Below, one piece after another: positions 59,196 through 64,000 of a DNA stretch of 64,000 nt. The stretch is from a bacterium (GTDB taxonomy: Bacteria > Zhuqueibacterota > Zhuqueibacteria > Oceanimicrobiales > Oceanimicrobiaceae), in assembly GCA_046757025.1 (NCBI GenBank), contig JBHHXN010000014.1:1070-65069 (forward strand). The letters run 5' to 3'. Made by a program: the position numbers and the translations under genes. The notes under the pieces were generated by a model. It ran no database searches. It was not told the DNA's origin and saw only the letters and a list, made by a program, of their open reading frames with translations. The stretch's first letter is position 1. Every line of letters begins with the position of its first letter.

Positions 59196-60494
59196 TTGAT
59201 TGATCGTTATTCACGGCCTGAAATGGCTCAGATTTGGAGTGACGAAAATAAATTCCGCACTTGGCTGAAAGTGGAAATTTTAGCCTGTGAAGCCATGACG
59301 GAACTCGGCGAAATGCCGGCGGCGGCTTTGCAGGTCATCCAAGAAAAAGCCGATTTCGATATTCAGCGGATATTGGAGATCGAAGATACTGTGAAGCACG
59401 ACGTCATCGCTTTTTTGACCAACGTCGCTGAATATGTTGGCCCGGACAGCCGATATATACATGCGGGTATGACTTCATCCGATCTTTTGGATACCTCGCT
59501 TTCGGTTCTGATGCGTCATGCAGGTCAAATACTATTGGACAAATTAGAAAAGCTCAAAGAGGCATTGCGCGTTCGTGCCGTGGAATTCAAGGACACTCCG
59601 TGTATGGGACGGTCGCACGGCGTGCACGCCGAACCCACCACCTTTGGCTTGAAAATGGCATTGTGGTATGATGAAATCAAGCGGGGCATTGCGAGGTTGA
59701 ATAAAGCGGTGGACACAATTTCTGTGGGTAAAATCTCCGGCGCAGTCGGCACGTTCGCACATATTGACCCGCGCGTAGAAGCGTATGTTTGTTCGAAATT
59801 GCAACTGCAGCCCGCGCCGATTTCAACGCAAATCGTGCAGCGAGACCGGCACGCAGAGTATTTAACCACGCTGGCGCTCATTGCCAACTCGCTGGAAAAA
59901 TTCGCCACGGAAATTCGAAACTTGCAACGAACAGAAATACTGGAAGTGGAAGAATCGTTTGACAAGGGGCAGAAAGGTTCCTCCGCCATGCCGCACAAGC
60001 GCAATCCGGTGTCGTGTGAGCAGGTAGCCGGACTGGCCCGGGTCGTGCGCACCAATTCCCTGGCAGCCATGGAAAACGTCGCCCTCTGGCATGAACGCGA
60101 CATCACCCATTCGTCGGTGGAACGCATCATCATCCCGGACAGCACCACGGCTCTCGATTATATGTTGCACAAATTTACCGGCATCATCGCCAACTTGATC
60201 GTATATCCGGAAAATATGCTGAATAATATACACAAGACCAATGGTTTGGTGTTCTCGCAATCGCTGCTTTTAGCTTTGACGCGCAAAGGCCTCACGCGCG
60301 AGGAGGCTTATGCGCTGGTGCAAGGAGCGGCCATGAAAGTCTGGAATTCTGGCAAAGATTTTCAATCCGTGGTTTTGGCTGATGAATCCATTTCAAAATG
60401 GTTGTCTGATGAGGAGGTGGCGCGTTGCTTCGATTTAAAAAACCATTTACGAAATGTTCAGGTGATTTTTGACAGGTTGGGATTAACTAATTAA
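59196..60494 (+). CDS. purB: Adenylosuccinate lyase
   Basis: '[27 protein letters not shown]' and the fumarate-lyase signature '[11 protein letters not shown]'. Confidence 0.9.
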   Translation: MIDRYSRPEMAQIWSDENKFRTWLKVEILACEAMTELGEMPAAALQVIQEKADFDIQRILEIEDTVKHDVIAFLTNVAEYVGPDSRYIHAGMTSSDLLDTSLSVLMRHAGQILLDKLEKLKEALRVRAVEFKDTPCMGRSHGVHAEPTTFGLKMALWYDEIKRGIARLNKAVDTISVGKISGAVGTFAHIDPRVEAYVCSKLQLQPAPISTQIVQRDRHAEYLTTLALIANSLEKFATEIRNLQRTEILEVEESFDKGQKGSSAMPHKRNPVSCEQVAGLARVVRTNSLAAMENVALWHERDITHSSVERIIIPDSTTALDYMLHKFTGIIANLIVYPENMLNNIHKTNGLVFSQSLLLALTRKGLTREEAYALVQGAAMKVWNSGKDFQSVVLADESISKWLSDEEVARCFDLKNHLRNVQVIFDRLGLTN

Positions 60495-60702
60495 TTAACA
60501 TTTCTCACTTCAATTTATGCAAACATGCTCATATAAAATAATCAGATACGATAGATTTCACTTCATACTGAGTGGAGTCGAAGTATGAATTATTGCCTGA
60601 ACAAATCACCCTTCGACTCCGCTCTGGGGGAAGGTAGAACAAACCGTAACTTCTGGATTAACAATTAGTTTATGAACAACCTCACCACGTGAGAAATGTT
60701 AA
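60495..60702. repeat. Nested inverted repeats spanning the whole purB-purC spacer. Outer 14-bp arms TTAACATTTCTCAC / GTGAGAAATGTTAA. Inner arms GAGTGGAGTCGAAG / CTTCGACTCCGCTC.
   Basis: Outer arms at 60495-60508 and 60689-60702 are exact reverse complements. Inner arms at 60570-60583 and 60611-60624 match 13 of 14. The outer left arm overlaps the purB stop. Confidence 0.5.
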
Positions 60703-60734
60703 TAATTAAATAATATTAAAGGAGAGAGGAAGCC

Positions 60735-61463
60735 TTGAAAGAACAAAGTGTAAAAAAGAAAAAAAAAGTCCAGGAAGGTAAATCCAAAATACTTTACGAA
60801 ACCGATAACGAAGAGCTTTATATCCTGGAATTCAAAGATTCAGCAGTGACTTTATATGGAACCAAAACCGGTGTCGTAAAAGAAAAAAGCAAAATCAACA
60901 ATCAGATTTCATCGCATTTTTTTAGTTATCTGGAAAGCTATCACGTTCCGACGCATTTCGTGAAGCCATTTTCCGGCAATTCAATGGTCATTAAAAAGTT
61001 GGAGATGATTCCGGTAGAAGTGTTCATGCGCAACTACGCCGCGGGAAATATGGTTAAAAAATACGGAGTGGAAGAAGGCAAAGAGCTGGATCATCCCGTG
61101 CTGGAGTACTATTTAAAGGGCGATGAAAAACAGGACCCCATGGTGAATGAGCACCATATCGTGGCTTTTGAGTACGCCACGGCCGAGGAGCTCAAACAAA
61201 TTGAACGGCTGGCAAAAAAAACCAACGCCGTATTAAAATCGTTTTTCTACCGCCGAAATATCGTTCTGGTGGAATTCAAATTGAAGTTTGGCCGCAATAA
61301 ATCTGGAAAGATTACTCTGGCCGATGAAATTTCTCCGGATACTTGTCGGTTATGGAATATTGAATCGGAAGATAAACTGAACAAGAAAAAGTTCATGCCC
61401 GGTAAAGACAAAGCCATCGAAGCGTACGAGGAAGTCCTGAGCCGGGTTTTTAAGTCGTCTTAA
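60735..61463 (+). CDS. purC: Phosphoribosylaminoimidazole-succinocarboxamide (SAICAR) synthase
   Basis: 'GKSKILYETDNEELYILEFKDSAVTLYGTKTG' and 'ITLADEISPDTCRLW'. TTG start with the RBS AGGAGAGAGGAAG. Confidence 0.85.
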   Translation: MKEQSVKKKKKVQEGKSKILYETDNEELYILEFKDSAVTLYGTKTGVVKEKSKINNQISSHFFSYLESYHVPTHFVKPFSGNSMVIKKLEMIPVEVFMRNYAAGNMVKKYGVEEGKELDHPVLEYYLKGDEKQDPMVNEHHIVAFEYATAEELKQIERLAKKTNAVLKSFFYRRNIVLVEFKLKFGRNKSGKITLADEISPDTCRLWNIESEDKLNKKKFMPGKDKAIEAYEEVLSRVFKSS

Positions 61464-61506
61464 TTATTTAAAATGCGAACCGATTTACATAACCGCTGGA
61501 GGCAGT

Positions 61507-62157
61507 GTGAGTAAAGAAGGATTTGGTATTATTATCGGGATGGTGTTATCGTCCGCCATCATGACGACCGGTGCGGTACTGACGCCGCACCTGCATTTAA
61601 CCGTATTTGCGGTCATCGTCGTCGTGCTGACCGGATTTATGTTTTATTTTTTTCGCGATCCGGAGCGAACAATCCCCGCGGCTGCAAACGTGGTGGTTTC
61701 GCCAGCAGATGGCAAAGTCATCGAAATTCAAGAGGATTTCGAAAAGGAATTTCTGAATGGCAAGTCCACGCGCATCAGTATCTTTTTGTCAGTGTTTGAC
61801 GTCCACGTCAATCGGATTCCCATTAGCGGCACGGTTGGGTATTTCCGCTATCGGCGGGGATCGTTTGTACAAGCATTCAAAAGCGAAGCCTCGGAGATCA
61901 ACGAGCAAACCATCATTGGCATTGAAAACGACCGACACAAGATCCTGTTCAAGCAAATCGCGGGAATTATAGCGCGCAGAATCGTGTGTCATGTCCGCGA
62001 AGGTATCGTGGTTGAACAGGGTGAAAGATTTGGCATCATCAAATTTGGCTCCCGAGTCGATGTGTTTCTACCAGAAGAATTTGAAATTAAAGTATCATTA
62101 AATCAAAAAGTAAAAGGCGGAGAAAGTATCATAGGAGTAGTGCATAATGTTTCATAA
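61507..62157 (+). CDS. psd: Phosphatidylserine decarboxylase-family proenzyme (short form)
   Basis: 'SPADGKVIEI', 'VFDVHVNRIPISGTV' and the C-terminal 'KFGSRVDVFLP' (G-S self-cleavage region). GTG start with a GGAGG RBS. Overlaps pssA by 11 nt. Confidence 0.75.
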   Translation: MSKEGFGIIIGMVLSSAIMTTGAVLTPHLHLTVFAVIVVVLTGFMFYFFRDPERTIPAAANVVVSPADGKVIEIQEDFEKEFLNGKSTRISIFLSVFDVHVNRIPISGTVGYFRYRRGSFVQAFKSEASEINEQTIIGIENDRHKILFKQIAGIIARRIVCHVREGIVVEQGERFGIIKFGSRVDVFLPEEFEIKVSLNQKVKGGESIIGVVHNVS

Positions 62158-62884
62158 AAGGAATTTAGTACCCAGTTTGTTCACCATGCTCAATTTGTTT
62201 TTTGGATTTTTTGCCATTGTGAATACGCTGCAGGGTAAGTACGTCACAGCTTCCTGGATGATCATCATCGCAGCACTCTGGGATGCCCTTGACGGCAAAA
62301 TTGCTCGAAAAACCCACTCATTCAGCGAATTCGGAATTCAATTCGACTCATTAGCAGACGCGGTTTCGTTTGGGGTGGCGCCGGCTGTGCTCATCTATCG
62401 GGTATTTTATTACAAGCTGGCCGCACCGGGCATGATTTTGGCCTTCCTGCCGCTATTGTTTGGGGTGATTCGGTTAGCGCGATTCAATGCCAATATGGAT
62501 GGCTTCGAAAAGGAGAACTTCTCAGGATTGCCCATTCCGGCCATGGCGACGACCATTTCCACTTATGTCCTTTTTAATTACGATCTCTGGGAAGGATTAC
62601 GGTATGAACCGTTTCTTATTCCCCTGGTGCTGTTCTTGAGTTTTCTCATGGTGAGCAACGTGGAGTACGAAACCGTGCCGAAATTCTCATTTCGTGATAC
62701 GAAAAAGAATTCAATCCAATTAGCGATTATGCTTTTGGCAATGACCGTTATCGTCGTCTTCCGCGAACGCGTGATGTTTCCCATGACTCTGGGATTTGTT
62801 TTGTACTTCTTCATCCGCTCTATCATACTGGGCCATAAAGATGAAGAAGATGAAGAAATATTTGACATCTCACTGCCGGATTAA
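62147..62884 (+). CDS. pssA: CDP-diacylglycerol--serine O-phosphatidyltransferase (CDP-alcohol phosphatidyltransferase family)
   Basis: 'DALDGKIARKTHSFSEFGIQFDSLADAVSFGVAPA' is the D-G-x2-A-R...G-x3-D-x3-D signature. Confidence 0.85.
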   Translation: MFHKRNLVPSLFTMLNLFFGFFAIVNTLQGKYVTASWMIIIAALWDALDGKIARKTHSFSEFGIQFDSLADAVSFGVAPAVLIYRVFYYKLAAPGMILAFLPLLFGVIRLARFNANMDGFEKENFSGLPIPAMATTISTYVLFNYDLWEGLRYEPFLIPLVLFLSFLMVSNVEYETVPKFSFRDTKKNSIQLAIMLLAMTVIVVFRERVMFPMTLGFVLYFFIRSIILGHKDEEDEEIFDISLPD

Positions 62885-62897
62885 CGGACCCGGATGA

Positions 62898-63176
62898 ATG
62901 ATGTTTGTCGCTGACATTTTTATCACACTGAAAAAAGGCATTCTGGATCCACAGGGCGACACCGTGAAGCAGGCCCTGGAAAACCTTGGCTTTGAGGGCA
63001 TTCAGGGTGTGCGAATGGGCAAATTTATTCAACTGCAGTTTAAAGACGTTGACCGGGAGGAAGCGCAGCGTCTGACAGATGAAGCCTGCCAAAAATTGCT
63101 GGCGAATTCCGTCATTGAAGATTTTCGCTTTGAACTGCGTGAGAACGGATCAGCGCATCACCAGGGAAACGCTTGA
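62898..63176 (+). CDS. purS: Phosphoribosylformylglycinamidine synthase subunit PurS
   Basis: 92 aa. '[45 protein letters not shown]'. Confidence 0.85.
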   Translation: MMFVADIFITLKKGILDPQGDTVKQALENLGFEGIQGVRMGKFIQLQFKDVDREEAQRLTDEACQKLLANSVIEDFRFELRENGSAHHQGNA

Positions 63177-63880
63177 TGAAATTTGGTGTGATCATTTTTC
63201 CCGGCTCGAACTGCGATCACGATTGCTATCATGTTCTGAAGCATGTGTTGAATCAGGAAGTGAAATATGTCTGGCACAAAGCCGACGCGCTTGACGATTT
63301 GGATGCCATCGTGTTGCCAGGAGGGTTTTCTTACGGCGATTATTTACGAACCGGCGCCATCGCGCGCTTTTCTCCGGTAATGAAAGCTGTCACCGCGTTC
63401 GCAGAACAGGGCGGCCTGGTCATCGGCATTTGTAACGGATTTCAAATTCTCTGTGAAAGCGGTTTGTTGCCAGGCGCGCTCATGCGCAACAAGAGCATGC
63501 GCTTCGTTTGCAAATTTGTGCACCTGCGAGTGGAGAATCACCAGACGCGATTTACTAACCGCTGTCTGTCAGGTGAAATTCTCTACATGCCGGTTGCACA
63601 CGCAGAAGGCCTGTATTATGCGGATCAACAGACCCTCAGTGAAGTGAACGCAAACCGTCAGATAGTCTTTCGGTATTGCGATGCGCATAGTGAAATTACC
63701 ACCGACGCCAACCCCAACGGCTCGTTGAGCAACATTGCCGGCATCATCAACAAAGCGGGCAACGTCATGGGTATGATGCCGCATCCGGATCGCTGCGCAG
63801 AGGAAATTCTCAATTCTACCGATGGACTGAAAATCTTTGAATCCATGCTGCAAACCAATTTAGCGACGGTTTTAACTTAA
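63173..63880 (+). CDS. purQ: Phosphoribosylformylglycinamidine synthase glutaminase subunit PurQ
   Basis: '[19 protein letters not shown]', the nucleophile region 'GICNGFQIL' and 'HPDR' near the C-terminus. Start overlaps the purS stop. Confidence 0.9.
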   Translation: MMKFGVIIFPGSNCDHDCYHVLKHVLNQEVKYVWHKADALDDLDAIVLPGGFSYGDYLRTGAIARFSPVMKAVTAFAEQGGLVIGICNGFQILCESGLLPGALMRNKSMRFVCKFVHLRVENHQTRFTNRCLSGEILYMPVAHAEGLYYADQQTLSEVNANRQIVFRYCDAHSEITTDANPNGSLSNIAGIINKAGNVMGMMPHPDRCAEEILNSTDGLKIFESMLQTNLATVLT

Positions 63881-64000
63881 TACCGGGCGGTAGTAACTTT
63901 TAAAAAATTTATTTGCAAATTAAGCATGCGGAGGTGAAAGAAAAGCTGAGTCTATGGCCATGAAATGGGAAAGGAACCCTGGATGAGAAAAAAATCGTTA

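Noticed and set aside
1-64000. Search for CRISPR arrays, tRNA genes and rRNA genes
   Set aside because: No regularly spaced direct repeats with unique spacers. No GGTTCGAATCC-type T-arms with acceptor-stem complementarity. No rRNA-like conserved blocks. None reported.

Overview
The window is a 64-kb bacterial chromosomal segment of moderate GC content that is densely coded. I found no rRNA or tRNA genes and no CRISPR array. σ54-dependent regulation, SusC-like TonB receptors with a carboxypeptidase-regulatory-like N-domain, many TPR proteins and a four-helix-bundle '23S-IVS' gene relic suggest an FCB-group-like or candidate-phylum anaerobe, but I cannot assign the lineage from sequence alone.

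Housekeeping genes:
- iscS-mnmA-thiD
- guaB, rpsT
- pyrK-pyrD, cdsA
- truA, a transaldolase, htrA
- purB, purC, psd, pssA, purS, purQ

Accessory loci:
- A minus-strand cluster at the left edge encodes a nitrilase, an SRPBCC protein, a BBE-like FAD oxidase and a 1096-aa SARP/AfsR-like regulator.
- A cobalamin riboswitch sits upstream of a BtuB-like receptor.
- A PqqD-like protein, an M20 peptidase and an OPT transporter form a minus-strand locus.
- A MITE/REP-like repeat family is scattered through several intergenic regions.

The most interesting locus is a 13-kb all-plus-strand region (17.5-30.4 kb). It starts with a signalling cascade: REC-GGDEF, sensor kinase, hybrid kinase and an NtrC-type σ54 activator. 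A textbook σ54 promoter (TGGCAC-N5-TTGC) follows directly and drives an operon encoding:
- a REC-DUF4388 response regulator
- a ParA-like ATPase
- a membrane-anchored lytic transglycosylase
- a 642-aa acidic protein
- an FtsZ-family tubulin GTPase with a ~230-aa C-terminal extension
- a 223-aa protein

The last three products share a recurring helix-hairpin motif that aligns to the CheA-P1/HPt phosphotransfer domain but lacks the phospho-accepting histidine. I interpret the operon as a candidate, apparently undescribed, two-component-controlled cytoskeletal positioning and cell-wall-remodelling module.
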